Assembly (NCBI GenBank): GCA_964035545.1
Contig: OZ037773.1
Span: forward strand, 5,423,751-5,487,750
Source of the DNA: Bugula neritina
Lineage: Eukaryota > Animalia > Bryozoa
Length of the DNA: 64,000 nt
Reading direction: 5' to 3'
Made by a program: the position numbers and the translations under genes. Below, piece after piece: positions 46,501-60,400 of the stretch. The stretch's first letter is position 1. Every line of letters starts with the position of its first letter. The notes beneath the pieces were generated by a model. The model did no database searches. It was not told the origin of the DNA and saw nothing but the letters and a program-made list of their open reading frames with translations.

Positions 46501-47336
46501 GTCTTGAGTCCATTTTCTACAAGTATATAGAGATATCATCCTAAAGTAGCAGTTAATAGAACATAAACTGATTTTCAAATCAATAGCATCTATGCCTTAT
46601 AATTTATTAAAGTCCATTAAAAATTTAATGGCTTTAAACAAAGAAAACCATGATCAGAGTTAAGTCGGTTAATTTATAAACTAATAAATTACCTTACAAC
46701 TAGCGCAGCTTACATAAGACATTAAAATGTTTAAATATTCAAGAACCAGCAGTAATCTGCTATGTTGTTTAGTATCCAATGAATCAGACACCATGTTCAG
46801 TTCTACTAGTAAGAACCGAGGCATACATAGTGGGAAATGCTCCCATATACACGTATAATAAATGTGACATGATAAAGTCTACATTACTAAATGTGATGTG
46901 ATAAAAGGACATTACAAGTCTACATCAACTCCAATCATGAGTCTTAACCTTTGAACTTGACTCTTCATGAGAAGTAGTATTTCTGTCTCCCCACTCCTCT
47001 TTATATTCTGGAATCTTCCAATCTTTAGAAACAGCTGGTGGGGGTGCCGCAGCATCCCCCAACGCTTTCTTCTCGGCTTCTATCTCCGCAAATCTTTGTC
47101 TAGGATGCAGAATAAACATATTTAGAGCTAAGGCTAAACTAAAGCAGTGAATTTCAACAACTTTAACTTGAAAATAAATTCAAATATTAAAAGTTTTTAG
47201 CAAGTTGAAGTTCCACAACGGTTGTGTAACAAGAGATATATGAATGAAGTTACTTTGCTTTTTCATTCCGGATTCTCATCTCTGCCATTCGTTCATCCAG
47301 CAGTTTATCTCTTTCTTCTTTTGTAATAATATCCAT
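36978..47336 (-). CDS. CCDC9: Coiled-coil domain-containing protein 9 (CCDC9/CCDC9B family), RGG-rich
   Basis: N-terminal KEERDKLLDERMAEMRIRNEKAKQRFAEIEAEKK (exons 47336-47254 and from ~47099) and MTGKERVEHNKWKGERDRWDQQRVERAKNSQGGWKREWD (exon 44484-44309) match the two conserved CCDC9 blocks. Further GT-AG exons near 46516, 45427, 44897, 43777, 40975, 40534, 40140, 39501, 38856, 37877, 37504 and 37020 (stop at 36978). Confidence 0.85.
42584..42760 (+). mobile_element. tRNA-derived SINE copy
   Basis: GTTAGAGTGCTGGCCTAGTAAACACGA...CAGTCATAATTTCTCCTGCGCCACAT...AATAAGTCCTTG...CAGGAAGAGTGACTAT matches the copies at 45.8 kb and 62.5 kb. Confidence 0.75.
44662..44736. repeat. 21-bp tandem repeat containing four copies of the CCDC9 5' splice site
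   Basis: Minus strand AAT|GTAAGCAT at 44733, 44712, 44691 and 44670. Confidence 0.9.
45481..46022 (+). mobile_element. tRNA-derived SINE interrupted in its A box by the hAT MITE
   Basis: A box TAGTCTAGTGG, B box GGTTCGAACCC, body GGTGATGTTAGGAGGAGCATCCAGTCATAATTGCTCCTG...CAGGGATAGTGACTATAAAC shared with 62475-62672. Confidence 0.8.
45494..45832. mobile_element. hAT (Charlie-like) MITE with 8-bp target-site duplication
   Basis: TIRs CAGGGGTGTCCAAC / GTTGGACAGCCCTG, internal GGGCCACA subterminal repeats, and TSD GTCTAGTG at 45486-45493 and 45833-45840. Confidence 0.9.
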
Positions 47337-50300
47337 GGTTGAAACTAGTCAGGGCAGCTAAAAATAGTCATTAAAAACTATTTACAGAATGCACAAGTAG
47401 ATCATTGAGGTCTCATGATGGTTATGAACTGACAAATTTTAAAAGACAATTTTGAAACAATTGACAACAATACTTGAAAATTTGTTTAATTTACTAAAAT
47501 TACATTATGAAATCAAGCACTGCAAACAGTTTACTTCAAGTGATAATATTTATAGTAAGATGGTGGAGGTAAATTTCAAACTTTCAAGAAATGTTTTAGA
47601 CAGTTCCAAATATATATATTTGCTTTTAAAATTCAAAATTGATGTATTACAATCAATTATTTCATCATAGCAACTATCACAAAATTGATGCAAAATTATT
47701 AGTAAGCTGGCAGAAATATTGCATATAAAAAAGAAAATTTAAAAATTTAAATCAATCATAATCCCGTAGAAGGCCTAAAATTTAAGCAAGTTGATCGTAA
47801 TATTTCATTTAAACTAGGCCTAACAGTTATCAAAAATATCTCTTATAATCTCTGATTTAATAATTGAAACACGTGAACTGATAAAGTAACAATTAAATGT
47901 ATAACTATTATTATTATTATTATTAGCCTACAAACAATAAGAATGGCTATAGCCCATAGGATACTTCCAGATTAAATTCAATTCACACAATAAAACCAAA
48001 ATAAATTAGTCAAGTTCAACATTATAATTATTAATCAACGTCACATGAACATGCCCATTTAAATTTTGATTCAGTATATCAAATTAATCTTAATCATAAT
48101 GATAATGACTGATCACCAATGAGTAACGACATTGATACTCACAATCACTATGGCTATCAGTGTCACTATGGTAATGATATTGATGATAATAATAATTATA
48201 ATAATCATGATGCCATTGCTATAAATATTAGCTATACCACAATTATACCGCCCATAGGTTAGTATAATAATACAAACTAAAAATATAATCATTCTCACTT
48301 TTTGATTCCTATGGCTATTAAGTAACTTAATCTGATATTTATTCCCCAACTCTTGAAGTTAATCTTACCAACAAAAATAACACCAACAGTAACTGTAAGA
48401 GTAACTCTTAGCAGTCCTCGATAATTCTCTATCACTATGACTGATACTATGATTAAACTATTACTATGAGTATCAGTATGATTATCAGACTGAGACTCAG
48501 TATCAGAACCACAACAAATACAATTTTAATAAATGTTATTTTTACATTTAAAATTAATGTAAAATAAAAGTAATTTAACGCAACGGCACTTGCAGTAACT
48601 TACTAATAGGAATATTTATACTACTACTAATACAGTAGTAACTCACTAATAGTATTACTATAACTATTACTATTAGTAATTCAAATTGTAAACTTGAGCT
48701 TCGACGATAGACTTAAAGTTAAACTTAAAGCCTAAAGCAAAGGTCAAACTTAAGGATTGCAGTTTAATAATAGAGCACATAATATTAGGCAATAAACAGT
48801 TTGTTTATTTTTAATTAAAATTCATAATTATGATAATTTAGATCAAGATGTACTCAGTCATAACGATTATGGTAAGTAATAGAAAAAATAGGTACAGGCA
48901 CAGCTTGAGTTTGTCTAACACCACAATCAAGGCAAAATGTCGAATACTGCTAGAAGCAGCACCAAAGTAGGGGCAACTGATAACATCGGTGCCCAAATCA
49001 CAAATCCAAACGTGAGACCCCCAAACGAATGCACTCAGCGATCATTAACTAGATGCGTCTTCAAGCGATTTTCTGAAATCTCACGTCGAGACTCCTAAGT
49101 CATACTATTACAAGTATTCAGTTTTGCTTTCGCCGAACTGGTACAATTATTTTAGAAGTTAGTGAAAATGAATTTGAGGAACAAAGACTATTATATTATG
49201 CTCAATCTGCTAAACGCGATCTAAAGTTAACGAGGAGACAACTTTTGCTTTGGTTTTTGAAGTTTTAATTTATGTTATCTATTATTGTTTTGATAGAGAA
49301 CAAAAATTATACTGTAGTCTGTAAGTTATAAACTATCCAATGAATTATATATTTAAGGAACTTTTGGAAAAGGGCATTTTGCTCTGCTGATACTCATAAC
49401 TTGTACAATAAAAGCAACACTGCACTATTTTATATAACATATATATTACTATATATAGCACATATATAGTCTATCATTATGCTCTCCATAATATATCATA
49501 CCTAATTTTTCACCTACTGTAGTCCATACTCTACTACATGTATACAAACATTCTATATACATATACACTGTATCTAAACTATATACTGTTTATATTATAT
49601 TATAGACTATAATAATATATAGGTATACAGTACTCCTTCCATTTCTCACAAAATTCCATAGGTGGCTGGAAGGAACATTTTGTGACTTATATGTTATGTG
49701 TACATAGAAGCAGAATGGCTGAAATTAATGGATATGTGAGTTAAATGTGGTATTCTACCATGTCACAAATTGGGGTTTCGGAACTCTCAGCTTAGTGAGA
49801 TACAGAGTGAGCATTGTACTATACGTAAACTTATATGCATGTACCATATTTTATAAACTATCTACGTACAAAATACAATATACTAAATATGCATTAACCA
49901 ATTAAGTAAGGCAAAACTGATACCCACACATACACATATGCAGACATATGCATACAGTTGTGCAAACACATACATATACAAACATATATATGTTACAATG
50001 TATACACATGTACAGGTGCCCACACACATACACATGCTCATATACATATAACACATAATATTTTATAAAGTGTTTGTCAATTCACACTTTATCCTATCAA
50101 TTAATGTACGAGCAGGTTTGTAAACCTTCTATTCCAGCTTTCAAGTAGATGCATATCAATTTCGCACCTAGCTGCATACATCTGTAGCACCTAATTATAT
50201 AACGCAGCTATTTATTACAAAGCAATTAATATGAGCATGTAGTTCAATATTATGATGTTTGTTGTATAAGGATATAACAGGAATGTAAATTAGTATGAAA

Positions 50301-51439
50301 AACTGCCATATAATTTGCTGGATTAATTGTATAATGACATCTTTTCATGCCTTTAGGTCATCAAATTTCATAGCTGATAATAGGTAGTATATCACTAAAT
50401 AATATGTATGAGAAGTTGTCCTCCTAATTCTATCCATTCAGTGCAAGTCAAGGCTAATTATTAACATATTGTTTTTGGCCTCATCATGTATTCCATCACT
50501 CTGAACATGATAGAATGGTAACTAATGCAAATGCACAGTGCCCACATAGTGAGACGTGAATGAACACCACCAAGAAACTATTGCAAAGACATCTTGCATG
50601 AAAGGGTTGAAGCATAACTTAAGCCATTAGTTGAAAATTATATTCTGGATTAACATTTAGTGGAGTTGTCAGCCTTCTTTGGTCCCGAGAGATGATGATT
50701 GTGATACGTACTGCAACAGAAGTGCAATGACTAATGCTCTCTCTAAGCACATTCAAATAGATGTCGTTGGTAAAAGTGACTTATGCTAAAATGAAGCTTG
50801 CCATCACCCTCGGGTAGTCATGAATTCAAAAGTAATCAACGCAGAATGTATACATAATCTAAATAAGAAATACTTTTTTATTTAAATTTTGAACTAATTG
50901 TGTAGACTGTAGAGGTTATATCACTGAAAAGTTGAGGGTGACCGAGTGTGGCAGTTTGGAGTTGGGGGTTCATAATACCAATTTAAACCCCCAAATCCAA
51001 ACCTGTGGACCCCAAAATACTGCGCTCAGTCACCCCAACTGGGAACTGCTTATAAAAAGAATCTCCAGGTCAGGGAGTTGAGTCGCATTATATAATAGGA
51101 ACATCAAACAAATTATTATATACAAATTTTATACTGTTTATTAAGTGCTGCTGTTTATGTTTAATTAATTTATAACATGACATATACAAGTAACTTTATA
51201 GAATAGCATTACCATTTTAGAACAATAACTGCGAAAGTAAAAAATAACAAATATAATGTTATAGTATTTCCAGAAGTTTCCTGAATTTGATTCTATACAT
51301 CTCATTATTCTAAAAAAATTGTAAGTGAAAATTCATTGTGATTAAAACTTATATACTAATAAGAAATACAAAAAATACCCATTTTTATGAAAAAATATAC
51401 AAAAGTAACTTTATTTGATTAAAGTGAAGTAATGAAGCG

Positions 51440-54400
51440 TCACTGAACGTGCAACTTTTCTTTCAGTAGTTTTACATGCCCGGTACCAATTACCATTTGC
51501 TCAGTTGATTGCTGTCTGGTTAGTTTCTTAGAATTACTGACTAGCTGTTTCTGTATTTCAGTCACTGATTGACAGTCTGTACCGGTGACAAAGGGTTTAC
51601 CAAATGTCCTGGAACCGTGCTCCTTAAGTATCTTAGCTCTTTGCGAAACTGATTGCTCTGTGATTAGTTCATCAACCTCTGGCAGAGCCTCTTTCTCAAA
51701 TATAAAGCTTTTCTGTAGTGATTGCAACCTGAAAATTGAAAAGGTAATTAAAGATTCTATATACTATTTTTGACCTTTTATGTCAAAGTTTAATACTCGC
51801 ATATAAGAAATTAAAGAAAATTGATTCAATGGTATTGAACCAATCTATAGTATCATAGCCTCAACAACAAATTATAAACGTTACAATATTATAGCGCCGT
51901 TATTAAATCGGATTATACGATCAGTAAAATTTAATTTTAAATCATCACCAAATTTAGACAGAGTAATAACAAATAAATTATGTAGTACCTGAGTACAAGG
52001 TTGGAAGAAATGGGTCGACTAATAATGTCTTCAACAGAACTGATGATGTCATCAGTTATGTTGTGGCTGGGAAGGGATTGAGACCTTGGTAACGATTGGC
52101 TCTTTCTCACCAATGCTATGTCTAAATAAAGAGAAACATGATTTAGCAATGATTCTCTTGCAAGATATGCAATACAGATCCATCAATCAACTTGGTCAGA
52201 TTGAAAAGTAATTCTTAAGCATGGAAACTTTACAAAAAAAAACTGAAATTATCAAATAAGTTGATATAAAGTTAAAAAATTTAATGCAAAAGTTGTGAAC
52301 AAACACTGGCACATCAATAAAAGTTACGACGAAGCGTATGAAAATTAGGGCACGTTTACTAGCTTACCCTTACGAGGTGTGAGCAATGAGCACCGTTTTA
52401 AATCATCCTCTAAGTTGAATAAGTCACGATCTGTCTGTCTGTCATTTTGACAGACATGGCCTTCGGTGCCGGCAAATGGCGGAGAGACAATACTGGATGA
52501 TGGAGCAACGCCGCACTCTTCACTTTCACTGTAGATTGCACTGTCACGCATTTCATCATCAGAGACAAACGACTCCAGTGCCGCCATTGACTGCTTTTCG
52601 TAGACATCATTGCAATCTGAGCCAGAGTCGATGTCGCAGTGTTGAGTGCCTGAGTCCACTTTGCAGTGATCTAAACACAACAAAATGGCGGTTAGCAGTG
52701 TGCACGACCTCTCCTTCCAGCGGAGAATAAACAATACTGAGGTTTTCACAAAATTCATACACAAGCTACACGTATCATTTGATGAAACTAAAAATGTAGC
52801 ACTTTTTAAACATAAAAAATGTTGCAGGTTAGTTTATGTGACAAATCGATGAGTTTGGAGAGAATAAAAAATGAACTTTTATACCTTAGTTGACACAACA
52901 ATTTTATTTTAAAAAATTTCAAACTTCTACAGCTGGTAAACAAAATTGATTCACAAAAAACAAAAAGATTTTGTTGAAAACTAAATCAGAAAAGCTGTTA
53001 GAATGTGCATACTGAGTGAGTATAGCTACTACTCTTACCATAACACTCATCGTCACTATCGAGAATCACTTGAAATCTTTTGATTCTGGAGCTGTTTGTC
53101 CGCCTCAGTCTGATGCTGCTGACCCTTCGAACCCGAGCTGACGAAGGATCCAACATGCCGTCTGAGGTGCATGTAGTAGAGTTCTCTTCCACCTCATCGA
53201 TCTGTAGCATAAGTACATTGTGTGGGTTTTACTGTTCTGAAGTTTTACTTTTCAATTAAATATAATGAAAATATTAAATAACGAATGAATGGCTACTCGT
53301 GTGAGAAATCAAAGAATAAATAAGCAAATTAGTTTTCGGTAATTAAAGATGCAGTTCCATTCTGCGTAACGCACAATGTTTTAATACAACAAACTGAAAT
53401 AAAAATGATTCATCATCAAAAAATCAACTAAAACATTAAAAATTGAATTTAAAATATTTGAAATATGTACTTAAGAAATATGTATCAACTTGCTAGATTT
53501 CCTCAATTATAAAGACACGCGTTCATTAGCTATAATCAAATTATTATAATAAATAAAATACTATTTGAGTGCAGAGGAAACAACTCCCAAATGCAGTTTA
53601 AGATTTAAAACATCTTGTAGTCTTGAACTAACCTGAGAAGTCTTGAATTTTTGTAGCCCAGAGCTTTTTTTACTTCTAACTTTAGAGTTGTATTTCCTGC
53701 TTGTGTTGCATGCTCTGCCGTCTGCTGACTCTAGCTTCAGATCCATGTCACGCTGCTTTCTAATAGCAAAATTACGTACAAAGGCTTGTTAAGTGCACAA
53801 CTTCAGTACAATAAAACTCCACCTGCTCAGTTTGATGTTATTTAAGTGCAGTAGCAGAGAAACTTCAATAGCCTAAATTCTTCAATTTGCTTTATGAATT
53901 TTCGTTTGGCATAAGAGTTAAAATTTTTACCAGAGGCATAATTTCAGTTTTTTATATGAGCTAATTCTAAAAAACTGTACAAAAAGTCTGACTATTGAAG
54001 GAAACTATTAAGTTTAAAATAGAAATGCTAAGCCAAGAATTGTAAATTAAAGTTGGGGAAAATTTGCATCTCTACATCAATTAGGAAAAGTAGAGCAAGC
54101 AATACTTTATAATCTATGGTTATTTCATCTACTAAATAATATAACTACAGCATTTTCTTCCTTCATTGATTACTCTTCCTCTATTGCAACAATACGTTAA
54201 ACTACTCTGTGCATATTTTCAAAGCACTTTCAACTAGCAAGTGCTTGCAAGTGCCAGCCACCATCAGGAAGTGTCACTTGCATGTCATTTAAACATTCTC
54301 TAGTCTAAACTTTGGCTGATAGATACAATCAGTTCAAATTGACACATTACAGCCAGTGTGTTGCCAGCTTGATCCATGTGTAAACAGCAGCCAGACTGCA

Positions 54401-57400
54401 AGTATTTACTAATTGATCTAATATTATTTTGTTTGTGAAGCAAGAAATATTACGAGACAGTAGTTGGATTATACAAATACAGATTAATGCAAGAAGGATA
54501 TTTTTAGCCAACGATTTAAGAAAGTAGTAATTTAATACGTATTACCAAAATTGCAAAATCGCTGATATTTCAAGCCTAGTTACAGCAGAAAAATATACAT
54601 TCTTGGCGACTTTGCAAAAACAACCCAGAATATGGAAAAGGTGATTCGACTTTAGCCCTTTTTTCTTTTCGATTAAAAAAACACACTCCAACAAAAGACG
54701 AAGTGATAGCAACAAGACAGCAATAATATACAATATTACCTGCAAGCATTTGTGCCTTCTCTTTGGGCTATCGAGCCAACTGAACCATCACTATGTCTTA
54801 GGGGCCGATGACTTTTCTTATTCTTGTAGCCGTCTACTGTTCCAGTGTCCATGTACTTTTGCAAGGCTATCCAGAACTCAGAAGTTGGTCTGTTCAGCTT
54901 CACGTTGCCTGGTAAACTGAGTCTGTTTACTGCAGCCGACTCTACTACTTCCTTTGACTGCATCATTTCAGAATCAGAGTTCCTTTTTTCAAGACGCTTC
55001 CTCAATAAAAATTCTGGAAGTGGGGGCAGTGCGGGTGGGGCCTCGTCATTTGCTACACTTTCGACTTGTTTAGTTTGGGTATTACAAGGTATAACTTCAT
55101 AAATACATTCTTTCTCATCATTTGTGCACTGCACAACGCTATGATCTCCGTAATCTACATTAACATAATCGTTCTCTTCGACATCAGCCAAATTGTCGGT
55201 TGAGTAGCCTTGTCTGCTTTCTGTACTTCTCTCCAAAGTACCAGGATTGGTGCTGGACAAGCTAACCGTAGAATCGTGGTATGAAGATCGGTTTGAAATA
55301 TGTAGTTTTGGTGGAAGTGGTGGAATTAAACTCTCCGTGGCAGATATTCCGTCCGCCATTTTAGTTTCTCTGACTTTCACTGGTGTGTTTAAAGAGTCTT
55401 GATCAGGTGTAAGAGTAAAGGATGAAGCGTTATCGTCGCTTTCCTGTTTCAGACAGGATAATTCGGCGGGAAGTAAATTGTCACAGTGAGAGAGTCGTCT
55501 ACCCACAATGCTTTGCGTATGATAAATGTCGTGAGTTGAGTTGGAATGACTGGTTGCTGGGTGCTCGGGAAAGTCTTTGAAGTATCTAACTGGGCTCTTC
55601 TTTAGAAGGTCGGTTAGCTTACTGCTAGTCTTTTCTTTGAGCTGTGAAAGTTTATTCAGCAACAGGGATGTCTCTGTCTTTGATTTTCTCTCCCAGTCTA
55701 AGCAAAATATTACCATACTTTATTAAAAGCACTCAATTGCAAAACGTGAAGCAACGATAAGTGAGAAAGTATGCCCCTGTACAAAAAAGTATATTTTTAT
55801 AAAGTTGTTATTGAAAAACAATTTGTTATTCTAAACTCTTAAAGAAATTTACCTGAAGAAGATAGTTGATCTCTGCTAGACATCTCATCAGATGAGAAAC
55901 TGGTAATGGAAGCGATACTTGATCTGTACGACAACGGAGAACTGGGCTTTAATGTCTGAGCCTCCATCTTGTTGGTGCTTACCAACTCTTCCATATCAGA
56001 GGTTGAGGCAGAAAGGACTGCTTGAGAGTAGCTATCTGTTCTTTTTATCAAAGGAACCCGGTATTTTCTAACCTGAAACAACGGCGCCGGCTCTAATCAG
56101 ACAGGATAGATGAGAATGCTGTAGAGTGTAGATTGACAGGTCACAATACAAAAAAACAAATGAAGCATAAAAGTGCTTCTAATACTTAGAATTAAGAGTT
56201 ATCTTCTCTTGTGACTACTAATCGTATGAAGCAAACACTGAAGAGCTGGATGAGGCCATAATAATAATAATATTATACAAGAAAACCATGAATGATCAAC
56301 AGTTTGAATATTAAGCCAACAAGAAATGTACATGGTTGTATCTTACAGCGGCAAATTTTTGAAAAGCTACTTCAACCATGTAGGCTAACAACTAAAAATC
56401 ATTCTCATAATTTTCAGCCTTCTCACCATCGACAGAACGTCAGGACTCCATGTTGGATTCTCTAGACCGTACTGCTCACCAAGGAGTTTGTGCAGATGTT
56501 TAGCTCTTACAGAATTTTCATCATGAGACCTCTCACCGCACACCAACGAGTCACGTGACCTTCCGTCACAGATTGGCGTGACACAACTGGATTTGAGATC
56601 TGAGAGACTTCGGCGTCTTTTTAATGATGGTGTTGGCGAAGAAGGAAAGGCATTTTCAAACAGAGCTCTGGGTAGCCCAGCAGTAGATATTGCCTGTGTA
56701 ATGTTACATAGCTATTTATCTTAGTTACAAGAGAGTATAAATCTTAATGTCTTGCATAAGCAATTATATTTCAAATCGCGGTGTGTATTCAACAGTATTT
56801 GGTTAGTTTTCAAAGAATTATGTCATAGAATAAACCTTGTGAAAGCAAATTTGAATTTTACAAACTGACATGCTTTTCTCAAATAATAATTAAATGCACT
56901 CAAAAACTAAAAGCAGCATTCTTTCATATATTAGCAAAAAGAAGCATGTATCATGCACAGCGTAAATTGAGGAGTTTAGTTTTGAGATATTTAGCACCAA
57001 ATGCTCCTATCACCATCACCACCATTTCAACCATGATTTTAAAATTTCAAAAGCAAAATGATTTTATAATACAATGTTTAAGATCTACAAGTATGTGGTA
57101 AGTGTAGAGTATGGTATATCGTAGACAACATACTAACCAGACTTGCGGGTTGGGACTCTTCAACTATATTAGAGTTTAAATCTCGATTTGAATCGCACAA
57201 ATCAATGATAACATTTTCCGGTGTTGTAATTTCTAATTTTGGTATTGAAAATTGAGACACTAACGGAGGGCGTTTGTTCTCTCGCTCATTTTCACAACAT
57301 GCAGTAGAGTTAGCAGGCTGGACACGCATGCAGTCAGCCATATTGTCAGCTAAGCAACCACTTCCAACGTTAGCATCATTGTCAGTTACACACAAAACAT

Positions 57401-60400
57401 GGTCGCTGCTTAGCGATGAGTCATGCAGGGAGTTAATGTTAGATAAACTGGTGGACTTCTCTTCCAAGTTGTTCAAGATGGGCAGTTCGTCTAGATTCAC
57501 AGGTGTACTCTGAGAAGCGGGCATGCGGGAAATGAGCGGTGTCAAGGACAAAGCAGGATTTAAGCGGGGATCAGCAGTTGTCTTACGTACTCTTTTCTTT
57601 GCTCTTGGTAAAGTGTCTATAAGATAACGACTTTGACTTTATGTCATGAAACTAAATGTAAACATGATTTTTTAACTTTGTGTAAAGCAGTTCTACATCT
57701 GTTAACTATGGAAAGTGTTTTACTTAAATTACAAGCCTACATGCTAATGTATAAAGCGAATATAGGATATAGAATCACCAGAAATGTTGCAATGCCATTG
57801 GAATCAAAATTTGGTCAAACAAGACTATATAATTAGCTTGCCATGGAAATTTATTTATTAACATTATCTATTTATTCATTTTTTACATTTCTAAACTGAT
57901 AATTCTGCAAGATAAAAATATACTGGCCTATTGCTACAGTCAACACTAACTCCATATTAGTAGTTAGTATAACAATACACCAGTAATATTGCTGTAACTG
58001 CAAGTGAACTAACACTACCAGTATACCAGTACCACCAGTGTACCAGTACTATAAGTACTACTAGTACACTAGTACTATAAGTACTACTAGTACACTAGTA
58101 CTATAAGTACTACTAGTACACTAGTACTATAAGTACTACTAGTATACTAGTACTTATAGTACTACTAGTACACTAGTACTATAAGTACTACTAGTACACT
58201 AGTACTATAAGTACTACTAGTACACTAGTACTATAAGTACTACTAGTACACTAGTACCATAAGTACTACTAGTACACTAGTACTATAAGTACTACCGATG
58301 TACTAATACTACTAGTGAACCAGAGAATTAGCCTCTAGCACTAGAAAGCTGACATACACCAATCTTACCCCCTGCAGACAATGAAGTAAAAGGCTGAGAT
58401 TTCCTTCTCTTTTTCTCCAAGTAGTCTGGAGTTTGGTGAGACTTGAGTGTGAAAGCTTTAAATTGCTTTGCAAACTTTTCATCACTTTCACTTTTCCCTG
58501 AAAACAGAAAAATTTAACATCCAATAAAAATGTTGATAGTACTTTGAAAATAAAAAAAGAAACTTAATTTACTTCTAATAGGAAACTAGTTCGAATCATA
58601 CCTTAACTAAACATGCAAACAATATATTATTTCACAACAGTTTATCATCTTCATTTGTAGATTGTTTTTGGTGCTTTTCAAATACTTATCGACTGTAAAA
58701 AAACCGTATTCAAAAAGCATTATTTCTGATGAACTTTAAAAAACATTTCGATGTTTGAAATTAATTTATTCACATAAAATATGAAAGTAGCTTTTAGTTT
58801 AAGCCTCACCTGTTAGTGTGAGTAATAGTTCTTTAGCTTTTTCAGGAATCTTGGAATCATAGCTTTCCAGAATATACTTTTTGATTTGTGAGCACCTGGA
58901 AGTAGAACATCAACACCAGTTAACTGACTGTGGTAACCTAATATTCACCATCAATTTCAAATTTGGTTATTTGAAAATTTATACCAATTATATTCCTAAC
59001 AGCTCGCATGTTCAGCCTACTTGCAATTTTGCAACTCAGCCAGGTCTGGTTATATAAATTACATGTAACTTAACAATGATTTTAAAAATCGATTATGTTT
59101 TTGCATTAAGAAAATCAAGTTGTGCAAACAGTATAAAGTGATCATCTATATCTTTATTTAAGGTCTGGTGAAAGAAAAAACAGCAGGTTGATTCACACAG
59201 CAGTTGTCTTCTCAGTTTATTATAATTGAAAGATTCCAGTTGTTAAAAATTAATTTGAGTACTTCTAGATTTCCCATATGTGTTTTCAAGTTGTGTAAAT
59301 TTGTGAGTTTATTTGGTAAATTATTTTTAATTAACAAGAATTTCTGAGAAACAAGTGAGATTTCATATTTTATATGACCAGCAGCGCCATCTAGCAGACT
59401 ATATACTGAGAGTTGAGCGTTAATAGTGGGACGCTAGCATGGAGTCTCTTACCATTGTCGTTTCTGGTCCAAAGTCTTGGCTTGGAGAGTATTCTGGTTC
59501 TTTGGGCAGTCTACAGGAAGCAGCTGGAAACTGAGTGGATCTCTTGGAATGCATTCAATCAGCATTAAATTATTGCACTGAAAAACAACAGAAATATACA
59601 TTATATATATCTCAATCTGTGGACAGCAGCTGTTTCGGGATTTGTCCCCTCATAAGCGCAGAACAGAGTAGCATGGCCCACACCTTATTATATGTACTGT
59701 ACATATTTCAGAGGTGGAGCCAAGCTTTTGGGAGTTATTTTCTCTCCACATACATTTAAAATAATTTAACTTAACTTATATACTTATACCTAACACAGTG
59801 ATTCATGCTATTCTAAATTAGTTGTCTCTGAATGAAGTCACTCTTTAACAAATTCTTGAAAAGCAGAAAAACGGTAGTGCAGTATTTATGGTCAGATATA
59901 GTCAACAATCACTAGGTGTTAAAGAGAAGTTCTCATATGTTGGAGATAACTTTCTCACCATGATGACAGTTTTACAAGACATTGCACCATCTTCCATTTT
60001 CTTACATATGATCAGCCCCTTCTCAAACAGATACACATGTCTGAAGCTCTTAGCACCGTGCATCTTCAAGTCTCCCTAAAACACCATACCTTATTAACTA
60101 ATACTCAAAAATAAAAATATAATAAAACATCAACTAAATATATAATATATAATATAATATGTGTGAGTTTTTTAAATATATAATACTTAAAATAAATATA
60201 TAATATAGGGTCTAAATATATAATAATTACAATAAATAAGTAGTATAATATTCTAAATATGTAATATAATACTCTAGGTATATAATACTTATAGTAAATA
60301 TACCATATAAAATTATAAATATATAACACAGTATAACAGTCCTGGATATAATTTTGAACATAACAATCAAATGCAATAACAGACCCTAAAAAAACCGAGA

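Noticed and set aside
58020-58315. CRISPR-like appearance of regular palindromic repeats
   Set aside because: No unique spacers, no cas genes, and the array lies in a eukaryotic intron.
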